Origin: Hydrolagus affinis
Taxonomy: Eukaryota
Direction: 5' to 3'
Length of the DNA: 64,000 bases
Assembly: GCA_012026655.1 (NCBI GenBank)
Contig: JAAILG010000745.1
Coordinates: 1 to 64,000 of the forward strand
Shown here: piece by piece, positions 49,245-60,630 of the stretch
Numbering within the stretch: the stretch's first letter is position 1
How the letters are laid out: each line of letters starts with the position of its first letter
Notes under the pieces: model-generated
Told to the model about the DNA's origin: nothing
The model's input: only the letters and a program-made list of their open reading frames with translations
Databases searched by the model: none
Made by a program: the position numbers and the translations under genes

Positions 49245-49740
49245 GTGCGTTTCTTTGTATCTGCAGATGGCTTCTCTTCCTGCCCCCACATCCACACATG
49301 CAATGATCTTCAGGGCTCTATGCTCAGTGATCTCCTCTTTAATATTTATATCTACCTGCTACCACGCAGTGATGTCATCCACAGGTATAGGGTTAATTTC
49401 CTCATATATGCAGATAAAACCAACTCTATATCTCTGCCTCCACCTTCAGTTCGAGGACCACTGCTGTTCTGTCAGATATCAAGATGTCCTGGATGAGATA
49501 TAACTTTCTCCCAATGAATTAGACAGATGCTCTCCTGCTTGGCTCCCTTCAGCGCCTTCTCACCTGAGGCACTGACAGCATCAATCTACACGGATGTTCA
49601 TTCCACCTCAGGGATCCAGTATGGAATCACAATGTCTTCTTTGACACTCAACTGTCCTTTAAACTCTCGACTGTCCAACAGCTTGGGATGCCCTTCTGAT
49701 GTGCAATGCACTACACAAATGCAATTCGTCATCGTTGTTT
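49245..49740 (+). mobile_element. Old L2 RT fragment with tail
   Basis: LQGSMLSDLLFNIY...FLIYADKT corresponds to the PQGSVLGPLLF / YADD motifs; tail GCACTACACAAATGCAA. Confidence 0.82.
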
Positions 49741-50515
49741 GTTGGAGGGTGAGGAGAAATGGAAGGAATAAGCACTGTATGACGATAAAGATATAAGTCT
49801 AGCTAAAGGAATCACCGTGTGGCATTTCTAAATGTTACAAAGAATTACGTGGCATAGAAACAAGCCAATCAGCCAGATAATCTGTGCCAGATGCTCAGTG
49901 AGAGTATCTAAGAACAAAAAAAATTATATTTCATTTTTCTAAAACAAAATGTTGTGTCATCCAGTATAGAGAGACGTGTGCTTTAGAGTGTGAGTGTGTG
50001 GGGTGGGAAGGAAGGTATTTGTTTGAGTTTGACTTACTTCAATGTCATTTCTTCTGGGAACTAAAGAATCTATTGTGGGTCATACCACCCAAATCTGCAT
50101 CTGTTCTTTAAAGGGCAATAAGATTGTTTTTTTTAAAAATCCACTAACTTGACTTCCAGTACTAACATAGATTTTTTTAGTCACTTTAGTCTACTGACAG
50201 CATTACTGATAGCGCAGTGAGCATACTTTGTTTTATTTCTTTTGAAAAAAGAAGTTCCTCTTGAGTCCCGTGTGTAATCATGGCTTTGTTGACTAAACAA
50301 GTTTACTGTTTCACCCTTATACATTTCAGGAGATTTTTCGCTCATTGAGATGAGGGATGTCAGTTTAGAAAAATTGTGATCCTTACATTTGATATTGTTT
50401 GTTCTGGGACTCTACTGAGGGATTCAAGTTGTTGCCTTATATATTATATACTGTATATATATAAAATAAATAAATAGTATATGTTTCATTTTGAGCACTT
50501 GCACATTGCATTACT

Positions 50516-50946
50516 GGAGTTCTGCAGCTCAGTGGTTAGAGCACTCACCTCACAAGCAAGAGAATTGGGTTTGATTCCCAGCTGGGCAAAATGTTGAGCA
50601 AGTTTCCTTACTCCACTGTCCTGTTTACCTAGCAGTAAATAGGAACCCAGTTATTAGTCAATTGGCTAACAATTATTCCAGGGGTAATAATTCCTTTAAA
50701 AATATAATAATAATGAATTAGTCACTTCAATCCATGACTTTCATCCTGACATGAAAGGAGCAACACAAATTTAATTTTGTTGTTGTTGTTTGTGGGACAC
50801 TGTTTTGTGCAATTGGTTCTATGTTTCCCCTACAAAATATATAGTCAATTCACTTTACAGTACATGTAAAGCTCTAAATCTGTAGAGCGCTTTGAAATGT
50901 CTCAAATATGTGATAAAGCACTATATCAAAGCAAGGATTATTATTA
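50516..50946 (+). mobile_element. SINE family A, full length, long variant, with an L2 tail inserted at about 50740-50787
   Basis: tRNA head, CORE-like GCAAGTTTCCTTACTCC...CTGTTTACCTAGCAGTAAATAGG, Deu-like 3' part and TTA tail. Confidence 0.92.
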
Positions 50947-51699
50947 CATATTCCCAAACCACATGTAGACCAGTTTAGCAACCGCTCTTTAATTGTGTTA
51001 ACTTAGTCACTTTCCAGCCATTCTTGACAGAGCTCTTTCCTCTGATTTTGAATGAGCTTGCCATCTATTCCATTGTTGAAGTTGTCTCCAGGAAACTTGG
51101 TTTTCCTGTTTCAGAGGAAGGAATTTAGTTTGTTTAACTCTCTATAAATTGTAAGTCTGATCCAGATTTGAACCCTGTTCCTGTATCTGCAACACCATCT
51201 ATCATGTATTGCCACACAGAATACAAAAGAAGTAATGTCAATATATGATGCTGTCTTCACTCCTAGCCTCCAACCCTTATTTTTTCATCATTCCTGTTTT
51301 GTTTTCTTCTAAATTATCATCTGAATTTTCTTATCTTGTTTCTCTCACGATCCAAATAAACCTATTGTATGATCTTACTCGCCACTGTGGTCTAAGTTGA
51401 GTAAATAGCAAAAGGATTCACAATTTTCTTACATCTGCACTTCAAGTTTTGTATCACTGGAATACGTATGGCTCAAAAACATGCTTGGCTCAGATATGGG
51501 ATCGCTGAGTTCATGACAGTTTCCATCCTTAGGATTAGGGTTAGGCTCTGCTCTCCCTTTGGCTGACTTGTCACCAATGGGCTATTGTTACCCAGAGATT
51601 TGTACAAAGAATCTCAACTATGTGATAAGGCATGACAACAATCGCAAGAATTATTATATATTTATAAAGTCTGCCCAGATAACTCATCATATAAAGCCA

Positions 51700-52010
51700 C
51701 TATCCAATGGGAAACTGAGCCTTGCAGATCTGGAAGGCCCCATGTTCAATCCTTGGTTGTTGCTGAGTAAACTAACCTCAGGTGAGGCAATTGTTGCATT
51801 TGAGGTTAGTGTGTCTAACTGGGGTGATCTTGTAATCCTTGTTGGACAGTGGACATGTCTGGCTATCTGTTGAGGACAGGTGGGAACTGAGTCCAGCTGT
51901 GATACCCTCATGTATGAATAGGTTGCCAAAACTCACAGTCTAAACTCCAACATGAACAATGGACACCCGGGAGAAGTCCAACTGATACAATTGGACCTGT
52001 AATTCAGAAT
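51700..52010 (+). mobile_element. Old SINE-like family B, most complete copy
   Basis: B-box-like GGAAGGCCCCATGTTCAATCC, then TGAGGACAGG...GCTGTGATACC...ACTCACAGTCTAAACTCCAACATGAACAATGG, shared with 10510-10600 and 21925-22150. Confidence 0.6.
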
Positions 52011-53310
52011 ACATAAAGAACTACAGGAGAGGGTGGGGCTGGGGCTGGGGGGGGTGGATGTTGTAGCAGAATGGAAGAAGGAAATCAAAAATTGGGAGAA
52101 CAGAGCTGGCTAATGTTCTGCTAGTGATGGCATGAAAGAACACAATTACCACACCAAATACTGGCAAGCTCAGTCTGCCTCACACACTGTGCCAACGTTC
52201 CCTCCCTGGGCCCCAATGTTTGGAAGAAGCTAAATCACTTTTTAAAACGTTCCCTTTTTATAAACCTTCCCTAAGAATTTTTGTGATAAAGATCTGGTTA
52301 AAACGTATGTGAAAAAAACACACGTAGTTTCAATCAAATCTTACAGATGTTTGATTTTTTGCAGACCCACAGGAAGATTGGCAGCTAATCTCTGGAGTGT
52401 TGTTGCTCTGACCTTTGACTCAATCAATTTTGAAATACCTTCAACACTGGAACAAAATAGGGCTGTACATCAGAAAAAATAATGTCGGCATAGGCATTTG
52501 ATTGGGAGTAAAATTGGGAGTAATTCAAAGACATGGCCAGACTAAAGGTTGCTAATGCCTGGGTACATAAGAAACATAAGTATTGCTGGATAAAAGAAGA
52601 CTAAGGTCCATCTAGTTTGCCTTCCACTATTCTGGCAGTTGCATGCACATGTCATGTCCCAAACCACATACTGTATCCCGAGACATTATTAAAAATAAAT
52701 CTATCTGATTTGTTTTTGAAAGAAATCGGCTATCCTGGAAGCTGTTGGTTGATGGAGCCTTGAAATTGGCTCTGCCAGGCAAATCTGGAGACTCATTACC
52801 ATATGACATATCCTTCATCAATAGTGCCTATAGGTTTGGAAGTTGTCTGTTCTCAGTATTTCTTTGTGTCTGCCATGTCATCGCTACTGACAAGCCTGCA
52901 TGTTTATGATGAGGATGTTGTGTAGATTTGCAGTTTGTCTAAATCGACAAAAGCTGTCTCACCAGCTGAAAACAACACAGAGATGTGAGGCCGTTACTGC
53001 ATGTTTTAAGACACTGCGGTGTTCTTGAAAACAAAGAAGCGAGAAGCTTTGCAGTATTTGTTGAGTCTCAGATTAGCATAAGTATATCTCAGTGGAGGAG
53101 TTTTGCTTCATCTGCAAGGTAATCAACTCTTCTTTGCTAAAGTGTAAAAGGACCATTAATTATTTCTGTCCAGACTCACTAGATATTCTTGTTATTCATT
53201 GCAAGAAGTCAGCAAAATAATTCTAAATTAATGTTTTACAGTATTAACAGTTTAAACAAAAAAATATTCTTCCATCCCAATTTTCTTACTTCCCCTCCCC
53301 TCATCTCCTG

Positions 53311-53619
53311 AATAATAATAATAATAATCCTTGCATTTGGTATAACGCTTTTCACATCTTAGATGTCTCAAAGCACTTCACAGAATATACAGTCAAGTGA
53401 ATTGACTGTATATTTGTGAGAGAAACTTGGCAGCCAATTGCGCACACAGTGGCCCACAAACAGTCATGGATTGAAATGACCTATTAATTATTGCTTTTTT
53501 GAGGGATTATTATTAGGTGTGTAGAGTAAGGAAACTTGCCCAAGGTTTCACTCTGCCTAGAAATGAACCCATGTCTCCCGCTTGTAAGGCGAGTGCTCTA
53601 ACCACTGAGCTACAGGACT
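53311..53619 (-). mobile_element. SINE family A, full length, short variant
   Basis: Complete antisense copy ending ACCACTGAGCTACAGGACT. Confidence 0.93.
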
Positions 53620-53954
53620 GAAATCAATTATCTATACTGAACAGCATTTGTGTATTGAATGTTGACAAGTTATTTCACACTAGGGTCTGATGCTTTCCTC
53701 ATGTACTTCTTCATAAATTCCTCATGTAATTACATTAATTTCGCATATAAGACACAAATAGAGTCACTTCCAGCACTTAGAAGTGTGAATGAATGCTGAC
53801 TTACTTTTCCCTAGATTAGAAACATTGAGTGCAACTGCACTATCCCTACGATCATCCTTACTAACATATCATAAGCCATGAGCCTGAAATGACACTTTCT
53901 TGATTTATATGGCTGAGTATCACACTGCTCAGTGTATTTAGCTATTGATCCTTA

Positions 53955-54578
53955 AGAAGAGTACAAGAGTAGGGAAGTCTTGCTGCAACTGTATAGGGCT
54001 TTGGTGAGACCGTACCTAGAGTGTTGTGTACAGTTTTGGTCTCCTTATTTATAAAAGGACATACTTGCCTTAGAGGGGGTGCAGCGTAGATTCACTAGGT
54101 TAGTTCCTGGGATGAGGGGACTGACCTATGAGATAGGTTGAATAAACTAGGGCTGTATTCTCTAGAGAACAGAAGAATTAGGGGGGATCTTATTGAAACA
54201 TATAAGATTCTTAAAGGGCTAGATAAAGTAGACACTGAGGGACTTTTTCCCCTGGTAGGAGAATCTATAACCAGGGGTCACAGTCTTAAAATTAAGCATC
54301 AGCCTTTTAGAACAGAGTTGAGGAAGCATTTCTTCACTCAGAGGGTAGTGAATTTATGGAATTCAATACCCCAGAAGGCTGTAGATGCTCAGTCCTTGAA
54401 CATTTTCAAGGCTGAGACTGAAAGATTTTTGAAAAATAGAGGGATTAGGGGATATGGGGATAGGGCAGGTAATTAGAGTTAGGTGAGAAGATCAGCCATG
54501 ATCTTATTGAATGGCGGGGCAGGCTCGAAGGGCCAAATGGCCTACTCCTGCTCCTAATTCTTATGTTCTTATGTTCTT
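53955..54578 (+). mobile_element. CR1 LINE 3' fragment (second subfamily)
   Basis: [33 protein letters not shown]..., then LGLYSLENRRIRGDLIETYKILKG...FFTQRVVNLWNSIP. It has one in-frame stop and one frameshift and ends in a (TTCTTATG)n tail. Confidence 0.97.
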
Positions 54579-54639
54579 AAGATCTCTCTCTTGTTACGAT
54601 ATTTTTCTCCAGCCAACCATGTGCACTCAGCCACAAAGC

Positions 54640-54810
54640 ATTCCATATTACTTTGCAGGTATGTAAAAACATTATTTGCGTCCTGTTCATCTATATACTT
54701 TAGAATATTTCACACTTCAGTTAGATTTCCTCTGAACCTCCAATTTAAACAAACCTCCCCAGCTCTCTACAGCCTCTCTTCATAGTTCAAACACCTATTC
54801 CCAGGTTTGA
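54640..54810 (-). mobile_element. Old CR1 fragment
   Basis: The minus strand reads LNYEERL...RGNLTEV-like CR1 motifs. Confidence 0.6.
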
Positions 54811-56760
54811 TCCACGGTGTCACATACATAACCTGTTCATTAGCAATGATTTGCGCTGAATATTTTCGGTCAGGACACAGATGGATGATGGTTCAATACA
54901 AGGCCTCTGGGCCACTCAAACCGGGAGAAGAACATATCAAGCTTGCTTAGTCTTTGCTAAACCATGTGTTGATTGGTTGCATTAGATAAATCTTGGACAA
55001 CCAAAACTCATAATAATAATAATAATAAACCCTGCATTTGATATAACGCTTTTCACAAATGGGACATAAAGGCTGAAATAATCAATTTTAACAATAAGGT
55101 CCAAATAATTTACCTTGTTCTACAAGTACATTTCTACTCCCTACACATCATCCTTCACAGGAATTGCAGCCTCATGGTTAGGCCTTAGAACTTACCATCA
55201 ATGTCTGACCACCATGGAAACAGCGTGAGATGCTCTCCTCAAACTGAATTCCCGTTGCCTCTGCTATGTGATGGTGGATCTCACAAATCTACAGCAGTGC
55301 TGTGGGTTGTGGGCATGTTCAATCTGAAATTCACACAGACGTCCAACCAATACACAGCTCATGGAATGAGCATCTTAAGTGGCTGAGATTAAAGTCACCT
55401 TTGCCTCTGCAGTATGGCACAAGCAGCATGTGGTGAATGTAAGTCATCATTCACACACTGCATTGTTAGATTTGCACCTCAGGACGTTAATGCCAGCACA
55501 TATGTGCAGTACCATACCACAAGGGCAACACAATCTATCTGCATGCACACTTCTTTATTCTCTTAGCCAACTTTTCAATAACACTCAAATGACGAACACT
55601 CAAGTGAAACACAGATAGGCAGAAGAAATATTGAAGTAAAACATATGATACATCTGGCACAGCAAATAAATGATTACTGTGAAAAGAGAGGCCAGTTGCC
55701 GCAAATTGATTTTGTTTTTCCCACCGGTAAAGAGGAGAATTTAAAATGGATTAGAGGATGCGGTGGAAATAGTATAAAGTCATTGCACAAATCAGAGAAT
55801 GAGGGATGGTAGATCAGACCTTTCATTGCTACCTCCTGCAAGTGATGTTTTTTTTTATCTCATTTTGATAAATCTGTTTCTGAAAAATGGATTTCAAAAC
55901 AAATCAGAATAAATACATACATAAAAGAGAGCAAACAGCTGAGAACAACATACTGTACACCCCAAAAATTCAAAATACTGTACATCCTTATAAATTAGAC
56001 AATAATTTAGAGCAGAGTTCAAGTTAATTCCCTGCCATTTTCCGAATAAAATTCTACACTAAAAATGAAATATACAATACCTACCTCGTTGATAAAAATT
56101 GAACAGACTCGAGTTTCTGCTAATGCCTATGATTTACAGAAACAGATGGTTATGGCAAAGAAGTTAAAATATGCAGGATGGCAGCCAGCAATAATTTCTT
56201 GGCATTGCACATACGTTCCTCAGTTCTCTCCTCATGTCAGTAATAAGCCTTAACCCAATCTGTGATCTCGTCCTAAACTGAGCAGTCAGAGTCCTTCTGC
56301 ACTTCCGAAAGCTGAGTTTTGGGTTCCAGGTAGGGGGACCCATAGTAAACTACTGTACCAGTAATTTCCATTTTACAGAGTGCTTGTGAATGAACCTTGA
56401 AACAAACCATGTGCAATTATCTACAGAAAGCGGAGGAGGTTGAGAGCTGGAGAGCACAAAAGATTGTCAGCTCTTATGATCCATTAACATCACTGGGCTC
56501 AGGGCTGTCAGTGACAATACAAATACCAAAGATAACTTAGTTTAGATATTATTCAGTATTATTTTTTAAAAGGCCAAACTGAGATGTTCAAGAACTCTAA
56601 ATTCAATGCCAAGGTCCTGCAGTCCTTTTACAGCTCTATATTCAGATATGTACCCACAAAGGGAGATGGGAATGAACCAGCAGAATGGGACCGGGAGTCT
56701 TATATGATAATTATCACCATTGGCAATTATCACATCGCACACAGCATTTTTCACTTATAT

Positions 56761-57006
56761 GTGAGATAAAATTCCACCTGGGTCTAAATTTATTCCATTA
56801 ATGTAGCATTTCAGAGTGTGCAGAATTTGGCAAATTGTTGAATTCAGTTCTCACTTTGAAACCTGTTCTATGCAGTTCTTAACAGAACTTAAGAGAAAAC
56901 CAGCTTCGAGGTTAGAGGCTGTATTTAATAATTTGACAAATCCTGGATGTTCTGAAATGCTATGTTAATAGATTAAATCCAGATCCAGATGGAATTTCTA
57001 CTCAAC
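56761..57006. repeat. Hairpin family H, best-preserved copy
   Basis: About 100-bp imperfect arms from GTGAGATAAAATTCCACCTGGGTCTAAA to AAATCCAGATCCAGATGGAATTTCTACTCAAC, around a loop of about 35 nt. Confidence 0.8.
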
Positions 57007-57559
57007 GGTTTACATCCAAAATTTAAATTAGTATGAATATATTAATTCAGATATGTCTCAGGTCCCTGTGAGTGATGCAATGTGATACTGGGTTACTTTA
57101 AAGTACTGTATTTTATATATTGTGGACTAATTTACAATATTCCTATTTTTTGCACAAAGCTATTCATAAACTAATATTCAAAAATAATGTAGCAAATCCA
57201 ATATATGAATGTCACCAACCAGACCTTAACATTTGAGAAACACAATCCTAGCTGAACATTTTCAATTTAATCTATTAGTCAGTAAATGTTGTTATTACAG
57301 ACATTCTTGGATTTCTGTATTTTCCTGTAGATCAGATATTTCTGTGCAGAAATTTCCCAGATGCCCTTTTAAGCCACCCATGCACTCCTTGCCTAATAAA
57401 GTCAAATCCGATAATATTTTTCACGCAGAAAGAATTTACATTTTTAACAGAACTAATTGTATTTTGTGGGAAAAGCAGCAGTTATTTGCATCACAGGAAA
57501 CGGTGAGTTGATCAGTTAATCTGGAGGATTCTTGACAATCACATAAAGAAGTTCTGTTC

Positions 57560-57740
57560 TCTTTACAAATATTATCAGTGGATCCACCTGAACATGACTG
57601 TGGATTTTAATGTCTCATCCAAAGCTTTGTATATCTGACACTTTGTTAGCCTAGAGTATGAGCTCAAGTTTCATCATGAGATGTGAACCCATGACCTTTT
57701 GACCGAGAGGTGAGAAGGCTACCAATTGAGCCAGCCTTAC
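57560..57740 (-). mobile_element. Old DeuSINE 5' part
   Basis: GAACCCATGACCTTTTGACCGAGAGGTGAGAAGGCTACCAATTGAGCCA is the antisense head; TTTAATGTCTCATCCAAA is antisense Deu. Confidence 0.75.
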
Positions 57741-58139
57741 ACATATTTCTGCCTCAGCCTATCTTTTCTTATTCCTCCAAGGAATGAGTAGTTGGATTGA
57801 GTTTTATTCTGCTATCTTTGGCAATCAAGGAATATGTATGCATAAATCCCTCATGAGATGGAATAGATGAAAGGAACAGAATGTATGACAGGTATATTGA
57901 AAACGTGCCGATGGCGCAAATGGCAGCATAAATGCTGTCGCATATTACAAACATTACATGGTGTCAGAAGTGGAAACAGAACCTGCAGTGAAATGTACTA
58001 CAAGATTCAATACGGATTGAAAAGCAATATGCTGAAAGGAGCAGAATTGAATGTTGAGGAGATTCCTTGTCTATAAGGTGTAGACAGAGTGCGAGTGATA
58101 AACCTTTCATTTTCATGCTCAGAAGAAATCTTATTATTG

Positions 58140-58202
58140 GGAAGTGCTCTGAGACGCCGTCCGGCATGGAGGGCGCAATATAAATCCAAGTTGTTGTTGT
58201 TG
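58140..58202 (+). mobile_element. Short L2 3'-terminal fragment
   Basis: AAGTGCTCTGAGACGCCGTCCGGCATGGAGGGCGCAATATAAATCCAAG(TTG)n matches the reverse complement of 10640-10697. Confidence 0.88.
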
Positions 58203-58680
58203 TAGGAAAAAAAAGTCCAATAAATGAGAGTGGGATCTTTAGATTATGGACACCCACTTTAACCCTTCATTGTTCAGTCATGCTCCAATAATCTCTGTAA
58301 ATTCATTCACAAACTACACACGATCACACCACTTTACTGTGAAGCACTTTGAGACATCTTGACAATGTGATCAGGTGCTATATCAAATACAAGGAATATC
58401 ATATTATTATTGTATGTTATTGCATCCTCAGTTTCTGTATTTCTCTTCAAATTCTAATCACTTTGAGGTAGTGTTCTTTTGGAAAAAAAAATCTTCCAAA
58501 CAGCAAGCTAATTTGCAAAAATTTGAGACTTTTTAGGCATCACCTTGTTAATTAACACAGGCATTAATTAAAGAACAAGCAGCAGTGTTTTAATGTTTTC
58601 ACTAGATGGCTAATTGGTGACAATATATCCCTCACTGCTCCTCAGATGCAATGCCTGTCATTTGTATGCTATACTATACA

Positions 58681-59090
58681 TCTTGTAGCGCATTGGTTAG
58701 AGCACTCACCAAGCAAGAGAGGACCCAGGTTTGATTCCCAGGCACAGCGAAACCTTAGGCAAGTTTCCTCACTCCACACGCCTCTGTTTACCTAGCAGTA
58801 AATAGGAACCTGGTTGTTAGTCAATTGGTGGAATAGTTCCTGGAGGTAAGAATCTCCTTAAATCATTTTTAAAATGTGGTCACTCAATCCACGACTGTTT
58901 GTGAGTCACTGCTGTGTACAATAACCCCCCAATACTACAGCCAATTCACTTTACAGTATATTCCGCGAAGCCTTTGAGACATCTCAATGACATGATAATG
59001 GATAATTACTCTGAGACGCCATGCAGCGTGAAGGGCGCTATATAAATCGAAGTTGTTGATGTTGTTGGATCAAATGAAAGGATTATCATT
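58681..59090 (+). mobile_element. SINE family A, long variant, with an L2 tail inserted at 59009-59067
   Basis: ACCTTAGGCAAGTTTCCTCACTCCACACGCCTCTGTTTACCTAGCAGTAAATAGGAACC...CACTTTACAGTATATTCC. Confidence 0.92.
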
Positions 59091-59841
59091 TGTTTATAAT
59101 TTTGAGTGAAGTAAATTTGTATTTGTAAATTGTAGCCCATGGTGCAGCTTCTAAAATTTAGTTTTAACATTTTTTTAGGGGTAATTTGCTGAAGAGGAGC
59201 AAATTAGTCCCAGGTCCCCCAAAAACTTTTGAGTTTTTTGAAAACATTTTTTACCAATTGCTAGGCTTTGACCAAAGGCTTGAGGGGCCATTCTGTCACA
59301 AGGCAGTTGTAATACCATAAGAGTCTTGTCTTGCTGACTCCCTACTCACGCACTATTTATCCAGTTTTACACCATTCGTCTGTGCAATACTTAGAAAAAT
59401 AAACACATTTATGACTGGTTAGTTGCTCAATAACCCAAAATGCCCTGAGGTTACCTAAACAAGTCTGTCAGTGAAGAATAATTACTTGCAAGTAATCTCC
59501 TGAGTAAACTAACACGTAAATTTTATCCTTCAAAAAATAGTCGCCACACTTAACAGGAATTACTGTAACATGCCTTGAGACAGTTAAATGTGATAAGGTC
59601 CTATAAAAATGCAACTTGTTTCTTTTTCATGGACGTTATTAATCATAATTTGTATTTCCACAAGGCTCTTTCATTTTGTCTGGGTCTGTGAGTGATAAGA
59701 ACAAAGAGTCTCTGCCAGTCTGAAACATTCGAAACTCATACCACAAACCAAAATTTTCAGCTCGACAACAGCTAATTGGGACATCTACAAACTTCAGGGC
59801 TCTGGAGGGCAGTCTGTTATTCAATTTTAGTTTATGTTTGA

Positions 59842-60130
59842 TGTCACCTTAGCTCAGTTGGTAGTATTCTCGCCTCCGAGTCCGAAGATTATGTGTTCAA
59901 GCTTCACAATCGAGGCTGAGGTGTCATCCTGAAACATTAAACCAAGAACCTAACTGTCTGTTCAAGTTACCATGGCACTTGCTGAAAAGAAGGAAGTTTC
60001 TCTTGCTATCTGGCCAAAAATCCCCCAATTAAATGAATCATTCAATTTGATTCATGGCTGCTTGTGGGACATCAATTTGTGCAGACTGGCTACCATGTTG
60101 GCCTGCTGGATGCACAGTCACTACTTTTCA
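59842..60130 (+). mobile_element. Old DeuSINE, internally deleted
   Basis: TGTCACCTTAGCTCAGTTGGTAGTATTCTCGCCTCCGAGTCCGAAG...GTTCAAG head plus CCATGGCACTT Deu motif. Confidence 0.78.
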
Positions 60131-60490
60131 CAATCCTCTGGCACTGTCAAGCTCTGCCATTGTTGAGCACTCCGAGATTCTACTGCACGTGAAGGGCACT
60201 ACAGTAGATAAATCCAAGGTATTGTTTTTGTTGAACCTTGTGAAACATTTGGAGGCAGCCTTTGTGGAGTCCTAAAGCTTAGTGGTTAGAGCACTCGCCT
60301 CGCAAGCGAGAGACTTGCGTTTGATTCCCAGCAAGTTGAAACGTTAGGCAAGTTTTCTTACACCGCATGCCTGATAATAAGCCCTCAAAAACAATTGTTG
60401 CTTCAATCCACGATTGCTTGTGGGACACTGCTGTGCGCAAATGTCTGTCGCATTTCGCTCACAAATATTCAGTCAATTCACTTTACAATA

Positions 60491-60531
60491 TGAGTTCTGA
60501 CGAAAGGTCGTGGACCCGAAACATTGACTCA
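60491..60531 (+). ncRNA. Minimal type I hammerhead ribozyme motif (Penelope-type), possibly inactive
   Basis: UGAGUU-CUGACGA-A-AGGUC-GUG-GACCC-GAAA-CAUU-GACUCA has a 6-bp stem I, a 4-bp stem II closed by an A-C mismatch, and intact core boxes. Confidence 0.68.
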
Positions 60532-60630
60532 CTTTCCTTTCTCCATATATGCTGCCTGACCTGCTGAGTGTTCCAAGTGATTTCAGTTTCTCTTTTAGAT
60601 TTCCAGCATCTACAGTATATTGCGTTTTTG
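60492..60630 (+). mobile_element. Penelope-like terminal fragment (139 bp)
   Basis: Homologous to 623-824 (CTCCA..ATGCTGCCTGACCTGCTGAG...AGATTTCCAGCA). Flanked by a degenerate 15-bp duplication at 60477-60491 and 60631-60645. Confidence 0.82.

Noticed and set aside
52031-52056. G-quadruplex-capable G-runs (also C-runs at 8200-8250 and 1240-1262)
   Set aside because: These are common low-complexity tracts with no independent evidence of function.
58598-58615. CTCF-like CACTAGATGGC (also CACCTAGTGGC at about 9199)
   Set aside because: These are only partial matches lacking key flanking positions and cannot be supported without ChIP data.
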